From: Azolla caroliniana
Lineage: Eukaryota; Plantae; Polypodiophyta
Assembly (NCBI GenBank): GCA_043228905.1
Contig: JBHGNT010000004.1
Coordinates: forward strand, 22,010,001 to 22,074,000
DNA length: 64,000 nt
Reading direction: 5' to 3'
Shown: positions 48,293-60,788 of the stretch, piece after piece
Layout of the letters: the number at the start of each line of letters is the position of its first letter
Numbering within the stretch: the stretch's first letter is position 1
Position numbers and translations under genes: made by a program
Notes under the pieces: generated by a model
What the model was told of the DNA's origin: nothing
The model's database searches: none
What the model saw: the letters and a program-made list of their open reading frames with translations, nothing else

Positions 48293-51200
48293 TCATTTCG
48301 ACCACGCAACAGAATCTATCTCATTCCTTGCACTCCTATACAACTCCAGCCTCTTTGCACATGCTGAACGTCTCTCCATCACAGCTGGATCTTCATCTAA
48401 CAACCGTGAAAGTTGCTTTCCCTGTACAAATTTTCAATAAAAAATTTAAGCAATAAAATCATATATGACATGTTCAGTATTGATTAGATAGATCATAGAG
48501 CATTTTGACAAAATGAAGTGGACGCCAATGATGACGCTTAAATATAAGTTTAAGATAAAATCATTTATCCTCTTCAATTCCAATGATAAAGGTTTTAACA
48601 GAAGAACATGAAATGTTTCAAAATATATGAGGTTCAAATACAAAATCATGAAACGATTTAGTAAGGTTGCATATTCAAATATCCTCTCCTACCTCTTTCT
48701 TTCCCATTTCAGCAAAGAAATTGTCCAAGAGTGTTCTCTTAGCTTCCCGAACTTGGCAATGCACAACAGCCTTTGGAATCGAATTCCGCAGTGTCTCACA
48801 CACCATATGTGTATATGACGACACATTGGAGCCTAAAAAAGTTGAAGTAAAAAAACTTATTATCCATCTGACATATGAAAGCCTAATGAGCCAGTCCCAG
48901 AAACACATATTAAGAATCTAAAAAAACAAACTTTTCACCTATACGTCGGAGGTGCCCATCACCATAGCGGTCAATCGACGATGCTGCTGGATTACCACCT
49001 TTTTCTATTTCTTGAGGGAGCTTTCTGAAAAACTCAACAGTCAGATAGCTGTTCTCCATATCAACCAATCTAAGCGCTGTCTTTTTGCTTTCATCTCGGA
49101 ATCTTTCTAGAGCAGCTATTGCCGCCGCCCCTACTTCTGCTTGGAGTGTCGGAAACTGTCTGAGTTCCTGCATCATTTATACTAGATGATGCATTGCGAT
49201 GCTATTAAAAACATATCATCCACCTCATAAGCACACACTTACCTGGGTCTCTCCCACAGACTTTCTCACAAGTTCCTTCAGAATAAAATGCACCTGGATA
49301 TAAAGAACACAAAGAAATGTCATACAGCAAAAATACCTGAGCCTTGTTTCAATGTGAATATCCAATTCTGCACCAGACCAGATAAATAAAATACTACTGG
49401 AAGACTTACAGCATCGACAACAGCCTCAGCAGGACCTCTGATAAGAGTTAGGGAACCCTCAATAAGGCGCCGGTATCCTTGCTCCGGAGCAATTAAATGT
49501 GGTTGATAGCCATCTGCCTCATTGATGAGTTTCCGAACATTCTGCATGGAAAGATGCCTGTCGAACGGTAGCTTCTTCAGTGCCGCAGGAAACTGGTTGT
49601 CAAACACACCATATATTTTCTCTCCCCCTGGTCGTCTGAAAAGATTATTGTTATTGTTTAGAGCTACACAACGATACTTTCATGAAAACTGTTTGATGTA
49701 CTTACATCCCATCTAAATGCTCCTTAAAAACTTGATCAAATGCTCTACACAGTTCCATGATAGAGTAAAGCTGGGCCTACATTAACAAGGGCACTGCTAA
49801 ATATCAAACATAAAACTCCAAAATTAAAAGAGAATGGTTTATACAATCCTAAAGAATCATGATTAGATCTTGGATACATTCTTTCTAGATGGGATTTTCC
49901 AAGAGTTTCTTACCCCAGGATCAGTTGCAACTGGACGCCCTAGGCTAGTCAGTTCTGATTCCAGCTCATCAATAGCCTTATTGATCATCATTTGAATGCT
50001 TGGAATACGTGATTTGATGACAGACTCTAGATGCTAGACAAGTTAAACATATGCAGTTCAGAACTTGCTAAATTGTCATGAAAACCTCTCAATAGTCTCT
50101 TAAGCTGACAAATTACAACCTTCGAAAGCATCTGACCCAAATATTCTGATCCCATACGAGCTGCCAAATGCTTATAATCAGGGCTGGTTGCAAAGTACTC
50201 CCGCTCCCTTCTCCTTGCAGCGATCATGTCAACACTCTTGTTGATATCCGCTTGAGATCGATTTACAACTCCAACCCATGGATGTTGCAGCCTGTATGCT
50301 CGACCTTCTAAAGTCTGGCAAGAGACAGGAAAAAACAAAACCTCACTCCCTTATACTCTGACATATGCATGCACACTCTCAACAAAAGGTAAAACATATT
50401 CTAGAACACTCTTCCTTGCTCGAATGCATTTCAAGAACAATGTGGCTGAACTGTATTAGACTAATCCTTTACCCCTATCAAAATAGCATCAAACATTACC
50501 TACCACCAGCTAATCCTAAGATATGATACAGACCCTGACATCACATAATTAATAGCACCCTTGAACAATAGCACAATGGTATAGATTTCTTGATAAAGAG
50601 GGACTTTTCCATTTATTTGGTTTTGAATGTAACTTGCACTAGAAAAGTATGATAAACAACCCAAGATAGGAGGCCACTTTCATAATATATTTCAAGACAC
50701 TGATCAGAAAAATAAAAATCGACCTGATTATAAAATACTTCACTGCAATCTGCAAACATAAAAATATACGATTTTGCACTTTACAGCAGGCAGGCAGGCA
50801 GGCAGGCAGCAATAACAACCCCTTACAAGAAAACCATTTACATTCATATATTTAGAGTTAAATTGCTATCTTTCCCCTGCCTCTCTTCTTTACTGAGGTA
50901 AGTTGAAATATATTACATCTATAGCATTGGTGCCCTTGTCCATGAGATCTAACTTTGTCAATACACCAAAAGTTCTTTCACCTGAATCAGAAACCAAATA
51001 TCAATTCAATGGAAATCATGAATGATTATGACACTATTTCATAGCATTTGTGTCTCAATTAGCTTTTAAACTATACATAAACCCAATGCATTGGATATTT
51101 TATTTCAAATATCATAATGATGGGAATATCCAACTTGAAATACGGAACTACATTTCTCTAAGATCAGATTAATCTTCAGCATTGGGTTGGTCAATGACTT

Positions 51201-52945
51201 TGGATTAGCTCTATTCAATTAGAAAATAAAAAATGTCGGTATGGAGCTACTAACCTGTAGGATCAACTTCACGGGCCAGCTTTATTGCATCAGAGGTTGC
51301 AATATCTTGATTTGCAGGAGAAATAGCTAATATAATAGAATTTGGCTGCAAAGATAGAAAACAACTTAAATGGTAATTCACTGAAAGAAAAGACCAATGT
51401 GTCACTAACAGAACAGCCTTGGCACTGAAACTATCATGTCATTAAGAGAATCCATATGAATAACCACGAACCTTCTCAACATATGACCGCACCATGTTTT
51501 CAATATCTGCAACAATGCTTTCAGGTTGTCCCTCTGCCATACAGTATATTTTTAGTTGATGCAGTCTCGTCTTAGGTTTAAGTAAACTGCAATGTTTATA
51601 AAGTTACATTACCTACTGCGACCTTCGTCAACCCCGGAAGATCAATGAGTGTTAAGTTGACAACTACAAACAGAGAAACCCAAATCAGTAAAATGGTTTT
51701 CCCAATTAACCACATTCCCTATTGCATGTGATAATCACCATTTGGAGAATATATGCTAAGATGTATTGGAACGGGAGAAATCTGTTTGCTACGTCCAGTT
51801 ACTCTATCAGTTTCATCCGAAATCTCTTTCCTCACAGCAGCTGCATGGCAAATGTATTTTTCGGATTCAAACCAACAAGAAATAATTCATTGTTCATCAC
51901 TCATAAAGCCTAAGTCATCCAAAACCTACCAAAGTCTGTGAATCTTTTCTTGGGAAGATGAAGAAATTCTGCATATTCAGAGCCTTTTTCGGTTCGGTAG
52001 AGCTGTAGAACAAGTGGTCTCCGTGTGACGATACCTTCAGAAAGAGAAATTAAATTCAGATCATCAGAAGGCAAATTTCCTTTTCTTTCCAGGAATGAAA
52101 ACCACCAAAAGGTTGACAGAGAAGGAACATACATGAATCCAGGTTGTTAAAAGGGAAAACTCAGCAAGATAATTACAAACAATGAAAACAATACTTGAGT
52201 GTTTACTCTCCTGTTGCATCCATGTATCCAGAACCATGAAGGGAAAAACGATAAAGAGAAACCAAGAGAACTAGGCTTTTCAAATTCCAATCAATAGATA
52301 CAGATAATCAAATAATGTGAACCAATAATGGAAATTTCAAAAATGGCACTTCATATTGAGCTTTTCATTCCTCATACATGAGTTGAGATCATCCATAAAT
52401 CTTAACTAAGATAGGCCGTTCCAAAACTGAATATAATAATCTAAGCTTCTATTTTATCCATGAATACAGATAAACCAGGGCAAACGCAAGTCATATAAGA
52501 TACAGACATATATCAAAGGAAGATAAATACATTTGGGCTTAAATAAGTTTACCTGCACCACGGGGCAAGAAATCTCTTCCAACGATGCTCTCCAGAACAG
52601 ACGACTTTCCAGAACTCTAGAAAACAGGCACAGATGGAGAAAATGGACTATACATTAAGATCGAAGAGAATTAATAAAATACTTATTGAGAACGACAGAG
52701 ATGAGTTTAAGGAGATCTGCAGAAAATGACAGGGATGAACCTATGGGAATCTAAAGAAAATGAGAGAGATCTGATATGAGGAGGCACGTAGAGGAAGAAA
52801 AAGAATAACCTTTTACCTGGCCTCCCACAACGGCAACAGAAGGAAGCGCTTCCCAGAGAGTGGGAAGAGCGTTGTCTCCCCCATAATCTCCTAGAGCAGT
52901 GCAAGCTCGCTGGATCCGATTAACCAACGAGATTAACCCGTCCAT
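48293..52945 (-). CDS. DRP1: Dynamin-related protein 1 (phragmoplastin-like GTPase), 16 exons
   Basis: Exons: 52945-52817, 52616-52553, 52034-51930, 51840-51739, 51663-51613, 51533-51472, 51345-51255, 50981-50917, 50314-50120, 50033-49914, 49776-49706, 49635-49410, 49293-49243, 49167-48939, 48832-48693 and 48421-48293, all GT-AG. Motifs GGQSSGKS, TRRP, DLPG and TKLD; the GED ends EIDSVAWSK*. Confidence 0.96.
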
Positions 52946-53191
52946 GGAAGAAGAAGAAGAAGAAGAAGAAGAAGAAGAAGAAGAAGAAGAAGAATGAGAA
53001 TGCCTGAACTGATCGGATCGGATCTGAGACTAGATGAAGAAGACACGAGCAGAACGAAAGAAGAAGAAGAAGAAGAAGAAGAAAAGTAGCTGCAGAGAAT
53101 GGAGAGGGGGGAGAAAACTCGATCTGCAGCGATGGAGTAGCTTTTTGAAGCTCTGTATATTCTCTCTGTTTAACTATGTCTCTATCTCTAC

Positions 53192-53242
<51 letters not shown>

Positions 53243-56200
53243 GGAATCTAAGGAACAAGAAGAAGAAGACGAAGAAGAAGAAGAAAGAGAAGAAAGAGAA
53301 GACCGGAGCGATGGCGTACTTTTCAAGTTCTGCGTATTCTCCTCCTAATCACTCCGGTCCATATATAAAAACAAAAAAGGGGGTTCTTAATTACCCCACT
53401 AATTACGTCTCTGTCTCTGGAGCGGTTCTTAATTACTCCACTAATTAACCCTCGCCCTACTTAATCAGCCGAAACGTTTGTGTCGAAAACCCTAGCGACG
53501 ACCGGACCCGCTCAATCCCATCGAGACTTCTCTTCTTCCATCGGATCCTCCTCCTCCTCCTCCTCCTGACTCTTCTTCTTTCTTTCGTTCTTTTCTTTCT
53601 CCTGGTTCTTGTGGACCCTGCCCCAGCGTTCAGAGACTGACCTGACCCGCTGGCCATCCCATCCCACGGCAAGTGTGTTCCACATGCTTTTTGCGCATTG
53701 CGTGTTCGCTTGGTACAGTCTTGATATTGACACCCACCCATGTGTCCGAAAAACGAATGCGCTGCCAACAATCGCTCTTTTTGTAATTGATTTGCCCAAA
53801 ACACGTGCATATACATACCCTTGCGTAAAGTAGTCGCTTCTCTGCAATGTCAGGCGAGGCTACTTTTGGGCAACGATGAAAAGCATGAGCTTGTTAATGA
53901 TATGGCGACGTCTCTTCATTGCTCCTACAAAAAGAAGGGTTTCCGGTGTCCACACCTTGACCTTCTGAGTGTACATTGCTCGATCGAAAAGAAGGATGTC
54001 ATACATATCTACGATGTGATGTTATGTGCGAGTCCAAGTTTGGCTGCAGGCAATCAATGGTGCATCTTTTTCGACAACCCATTTTGGCTCCCACACTATG
54101 TATCAAGTAAACGTGGCAATGATTTCATATTGGGGAGTGATATTCGAGAAAATTGTCTTCCCAAATCCATAGAGTTGTGTATTTGAACGAATATGAATGC
54201 GTCCAGGAAAGGTCAATGTGATTTGCAAAGTATGAGATGGGTAGTTGTCAACATTGAGTTGGCAATGAGGTGTAGCCCATCATGGTCCATTTTGTCGGAG
54301 TTTAATCTTATGTTAATCCTTTCATTTTTTTACGCAAAACAACAAAGGAGTTTATTGAGGATTTAGTAGAGTACTCCCAAGAATTTACTCCCTTTTAAAA
54401 TATTTATGGCCCACAAACTCGAAAATGTGATTGGCATTTAATTTGTCTTTTTTTACCATTCTTTTGGAGGATATTAAAAGCCATAAGTTGCCCTACCTCT
54501 CCGTCTACCCCACCCATAAGTTTTGTCCACATGATGCTCATTGCATGATTGTTGCTTGTGGTATGAACCACACCAATATGAGTCATTGTCCAACCTCGCT
54601 CGATGAATTGGTTCTTAGGCTCCTCATGTACCACAAAGAAGGTTGCACGAGTGTTTGCCAAACACATTATTCATGATGCTCACGAGAGAGTCTAATTCTT
54701 GACTTGATAACTTGTTAACAATGAGTTATTCTTGCTAAGGGAACTTTTGTCATAGGGAGTCTTGTTGTTGACAAGACAACCAACAAGCAAGGATTATTAT
54801 TATTATTAAAGTTTATGTTGTTATCGGAAATAAGATTGGGGAAGCTTGTTTTCTAGTGAGAGTTGGACAATTTGCCCAATAACATCATAATTGTTTGACA
54901 ATAGATATACATATTTTGTCACATGCCAACACAATGGTCCATGCATGAATTCCTTCTAAGCTCCTAGTTCAAACACCTTAGAGGGAGGATTGGTTAGAAG
55001 TTCTTATTCCTATTGTTGGGCGGGATGGGGGGGGGGGGGGGGGTCAAGGGGAAGACAATGACATAGCCTTGATTATGAGTTTACTAAAATAATGCAACAT
55101 CGAGGACAAATTGTGTTCGTTCGTTTTCAAAAGAGTAAGGGTTGGTTTATGTCAATTGTAAATAAGCTAATTGGCCTTGAAATTTGATTCTCAAAAGCTC
55201 AATGTTATTAGGTTTTTCTTTCCAAAGTAATGTTATTTTAGTGTTCATAATGATATCAATAAGCCACTGATTTTTAGGGATGTTGATTTCGTGAAGACTA
55301 ATGGTTCGTGAAAGGAGGGATCACATGCATTCATCCACATCTTAAACATGTATGTATTTCATATCCTTGTAATTTGAAAGGGGGGAGTGTTATCTCTTCC
55401 AATAATCATGAACATAAATGTTGTTGCAAAGCACACCTTAACAAGTAAGTTTTTTGGCATGTAGTTTCAAGGCAACCCCATTTTATGCAATACATGGTGA
55501 AAATGTTCACTACGCAACCCCACGATATGCATCCCAATAGACCTTGATGTCAAATTTCGACTATGATTCTTAGAAACTTTAACACTGACTACATGGGAAC
55601 TACATTGTCAAGCATATTTATTGCCTAAATGAAATTGCTACAGAGGAACCAATACACATGCAGTCTAGTATCTTTGATGTGCATTGTTCAACCATGATGG
55701 ACAATGGATTCCACTCATACACATTTTATAAGGATGTTTTTCATGGTTTGAACGTCATCTTCATAGCGACCTACAAATGGCAATGTCTATGATGGCTTAA
55801 ATCAAATATTTATAATAGTTAGAAGGTCTCAATCGCTCGATGAGCTTCATGAAAGAAGCAAAGTAAAGGCAAATGTCGGTGGTGCCAAAAAGCAACAACC
55901 TAACATTGACAAGCATTCCCTAGCAACCAAAGTATTCCCTAGCAAGAGAAAATAACATGATTGGGCCACACTAACATGCTTTAAATTTAACTCATTAAAA
56001 TGTATGAGATATGTCATATTATCACCAAAGGAAAGAATTTACGGAAATATCTTGAAAAGTAGTTTGATTTCATGCTCAATATTTTCTAGTCAAGTTGCAC
56101 CTTTTGAGTTCGTGGGAATTTGGAAAATGCAAAGCATTTGTAACGTGCTACAATTAGAATTGAGCATCTTTATTGACTCTCGTCGTACTCATAATTCTTG

Positions 56201-57549
56201 TCTTACTTTTTGCATTATCTCCCAAATGGCTCTTGTTCTATTGTTGCATAGAAGAATCCCATATTTCTTTCCTAATTTTGTGTACATTGTGCACTTTGAG
56301 AAATGTTCATTGAAGACCTACTACTACATAGAAGACTCTTGTTTTTTTTCTAGTTTAAGTTATGCCCGCCCAATCATGTGTTTTAGTGTCTTCCGTGTGG
56401 ACACACATAAATTGTTCATTATTGATACATCACCCTACATTGTCATTGCATTGAAAATGCCCTCTTTTCTTATTTCCATACATGCATACATGTTCCAAGC
56501 ATGCATTGTTTCTTTAGTAACTCTTGTCGTATATGGTTGTCATGTGCTTGCCAACACATCAATATGTGCTCCAACACCACCACAAGTGTTATGTCCGCAA
56601 CAAGGGGCATGCATATTGGGTACAGTTTAAATAGATATGGCCAACTAAACATAGTAAATGAATAAAGGTCCTACATTTTGTTTTCTTTCTATTTGGTCAC
56701 TCGTGACCATTATGTGTAGAACATTACGAGTAATAAAGTGTTGTAAACTAGAGTTAATCGTGTAGAAATAGTTGTGTTGAACTTGTTTTTCATGTACATG
56801 TAAACTCCAAAGCCAAGAAATTGCATAGAGAGAAATTGTCTATTTATTTTAAAATTACAAAGAATACCCCAATGTTTTTTTTATCAATTACCAAAATGCA
56901 CCCTACATGATTATATTTATAGATTACATTGATCCCCTTGCCCCCGTTTCAAATGACCTAAAAATGTCCTTATTTTTTAATTAGATCAAATCAATACTTA
57001 CAATTAGACTTGTATTCGTTACGAAACATGTGTTGAGGATTTGCCCAACAATAACACCATTGGCATTGTTTCTTTGTATTTATTAGAATTTACGGACATA
57101 GCAACCTAATGCATTGTATAAATCATGGTTTCCGCTAGTAAATCGATACATCATGCATATTTTGTGTATGTTATGTGATTTGCATGGTGATCCTCGAGCC
57201 CATAAAATTTGGATGCTCAAATTGTATGCATTCTTGACAATATCATACTAACATCGTGCACCTAATACGACGTGTGAAATGAAAATACGACTCTCGAAAC
57301 TATTATAAAATACTTGGCTTGTATTATACACGTACACTTCTCAATATTGATTGCATACAAATAGAAGGTGTACCGTGTCAGCTTATAATTCATTGTTTTT
57401 ATGCATTATTTCAAGATGTTGTGGTTATCGTGCATCTCTAATGTCTACACAAATTGTAAATCTATGATGTACATTATTGTTCTATTATAATGAAACGTGC
57501 TTTTGACCATTTAGCTTGAAATGTGTTTTTTAAGTGGCAAGCTAAACTT

Positions 57550-57845
57550 TGAAAGGGCCATAAATTTTAATGAGAAAAAAGAGTGAAGAAAATCGAAACA
57601 TAATGTATGTTTTCAAATATTGCTGTTGCATTTGATATAGAATAACATTTTGAAATCATTACGTGGGTGTGCGAAGTAGGGAATGGAAAATAGATGCTAC
57701 CGAGCTAATATTTGAAGAGGCCATAAAATTTAATGAGAAAAATTATGCATGTTTTCAAAAACATTACCGTTGTATTTTACTTAGATAACACATTGAAATC
57801 ATTACATGAGTATTCAAAGTAGTAGGAAATGGAAAGTAAATGCTT
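57550..57845. repeat. Degenerate ~160-bp tandem duplication
   Basis: GGCCATAAA.TTTAATGAGAAAAA...GAAATCATTAC...AATGGAAA occurs twice. Confidence 0.65.
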
Positions 57846-60788
57846 TCTTGGCATCGAAGGATTTTTAGGGCTCGATATTTACGCTTGGAAAATTTGGAAT
57901 GGCTAAATGGATATCAAACAAGAAAAATCAAGTACAATTGCTCTCAAGGTTTGCCTTTTATATTTATCGGCAAAGAGTTTGAGAGTTTTAAGAGTTTAGT
58001 AACAATGCATATTCATAATCAAAGGTTTGATCAAATCGACGACAACATGACGAATTTGCTTATTAGGCCATAGTTTTATTTATTTATTTATTTATTATGA
58101 AAGATGCACCTTAGTATATATTATTACTTGAAAACCATACATAGAGAAAACAGAATGAGATATTTCATCTCACTTCTTATTGTAAGATCCAAAAGCTAGT
58201 ATAAGCATCTAATCAAATAGATGATGTCATGTATAAAACAAGTAGAACAATATTATCATTTATCCAACATAAAAGAAGGTATGGCATTATTAGGCCATAG
58301 TTGAGATGGTTGTCTGCTATTTAGAGACCATGAGGTCAATAATTCGATATAATGAGATGTCATAGTTTAGGAGACACTATGTTAGAAAGATGCACAAGTG
58401 ACAAAGAGTAAGGATTTAAATGCAAATGTTTAGGTTTATAGCCTGATAGTACTACGACAACCTCATTATGATAAAACAAAACAAAGCCAAGTGATTAATA
58501 AATGATATTACATTACATGTAAGAAGAAGAGAAAGATGGCCCGGCCCCTATTGCCCCGTAAGATTGTTACACATAGTCTTGGGAATTGAGTTCGAGTTAA
58601 TCGAAAGTTCAATGGGTACAATATATGTTATCCTTAACTATTAACTGCACATTTCAAGGATTTGGAACTTCATCTCCAAAGTCCATAAAAATTCAAAACA
58701 AAGCAATACATTGTAGTCATTACATGTTAAATTTATGTTCTTGGAAATTCAAAATAGGAGCAATATAGTGCAATCATTATATGTTGATCCAATGACCAAA
58801 ATCATAGGATGTGCGATGTTCTACCTTTAGTTTTTAAAATTAGATGGTGTATGAAAGGATCTCAAGGAGATAATTTAATGTTTGGAAACACATATGGAAG
58901 ATATTTTTAAAGCCGATAAGAGAAAAAAGAAAAAAAACGGTTATGCTTCCACCATAGTAAAGCTCTAAACCCACCCATTGAGTAGGCCTAAAGAGTAGTC
59001 ACCTTGAAGTGATGTACATGGCCATGATTGTTTTGAAAACCAGAATTATAGTTGTGGCATAGATAATAGATGTTGTCGTTAAGTCCACGCATTTGTAAGG
59101 CACACTTTTGGGATGCTATCTCTCAGGGCTTCATATCACATTAATCACTTTGTTATCAATCTTTATTGTTGCCACGAGACACAAGATACATAGTTGATGC
59201 ATAATTAAGCAATAGCTCACTCTCTTAATTAGATATTAACAACATGATCCTATCATGACTTTGATATATTTTTCCGTGAACCAAATGTCATTATGCTTGT
59301 TTGTTTATTAAGTTCTCCTCTTGTGTGGATGAGTATGGGAAACATGAACATTGAATATATTATTGAGAATGGAAATATAAAGGTTTCAAAGGAATCAAAT
59401 AATGAACACGAAAGGAGAACCAATGATTGTCAATATGCAACCCAATAACTCAAAGCAATAAGAGTGGATAGCAAGCAAACTGATACGATAAACATAATAG
59501 TCCAATCACATCATCATCTTAGTCAAGTGAGACCGATAAATGAAAGGGCAAGCAAGGTTTGGTGCGCCGAAAGACATGTTAGATTGAGGAGCATGTTAGC
59601 TTTAATGAAGACTTTTGATGAGTTGGAAATTCATTAAGTACATGTCCTTATTGTAATAATGTTGTAGTGTTACTTGCATACTACGTGACAACACAAAATT
59701 GATGTTATTAAGACACATTGTGTTGTGAGGTTGGTTCCCCTAGATAGAATAATAAATCAATAGTTTATAACATCCACGAAGAGAAAGAGGGAGAGAGAAT
59801 GTGTGTGCATTCACATGAGTGATACACCCCCTTGGGGAGGTCTGCCATCATCACTAGGCACCATCTCAGGGAGTCACATGTAATGTGAGATCACATTGAA
59901 ACGGTTGTCAAATCAAGCGAAGGGAGGATGAGATATGGTTTGTCTCTCATACGAATGTTTACAATGAACATGACTACATGATCATAGGCATTGATCAACA
60001 CTCACCTTTGATCCACGATGCTTTTTAAGTGTCAAAATGTATGAAAACAAATAACAACATAACACAATCTCATTAATACCTAATATGCGACCACCATTAA
60101 CAAAACACTCTATACTATGACTATAAATTATGTGTTTTGAAGCCTCACACTATTATTTTTATCTTTACACCATTTTTAGGTTTGATCTAGTTCGGTGTTC
60201 CCCATACTTGCATGTGTGGGTGATAATATTGGTTTTTCATCCATTATGGATTCATATTAACTTATTAATTGTGTGAATGATTGTATACGATGATAATTTA
60301 CAAAATGTTTAATTGTAATTCAAATTTGTTAATTGATGGCAATTCGTTTTATTATATCACATAGAGTTACATGCATGCCATTATTTTATTAACGTAGTCT
60401 TGATCCTTGTATTTATTAATAAAAATTGTGAAAATGTGTATGTTCACGAGAGTCTTGTGAAAGTTTTTGAATACCCAAACCTAAGCTAAAACATTTTGTA
60501 GAGTTAGTGTTTATTCAGAGCCCCTTTGTGTTGTCTTGGGTGCAAACCAATGAAAACACATATATTGATAGACGGAGTTCTACATCCACGCCATGCAGAC
60601 ATTCTGAGAGTATTTGGAGCACTGTATACTCTGTTGTCACGAACTGGGCAAGAGTGGTTGTCAATCGCTTTTGATCCTCTAGTTGTGAACCCCTCATGAA
60701 CTCTCACTCACACTTATTGTGTTGACTCTTAATCAAGAGACTAATTAAGTCATAGGAAGAGATTAAAAAAGGTACACGTATACATATA

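Noticed and set aside
48293-52945. Non-canonical introns in DRP1
   Set aside because: All 15 introns read as GT-AG with consistent phases.
53457-56630. Possible gene divergent from DRP1 (ORFs 53821, 54431, 56004)
   Set aside because: No recognisable motifs or consistent exon chain. Probably decayed transposon DNA, though this cannot be excluded without RNA-seq.
60515-60697. 60-aa ORF downstream of the Copia LTR
   Set aside because: It looks protein-like but is short, with no recognisable family or splice support.
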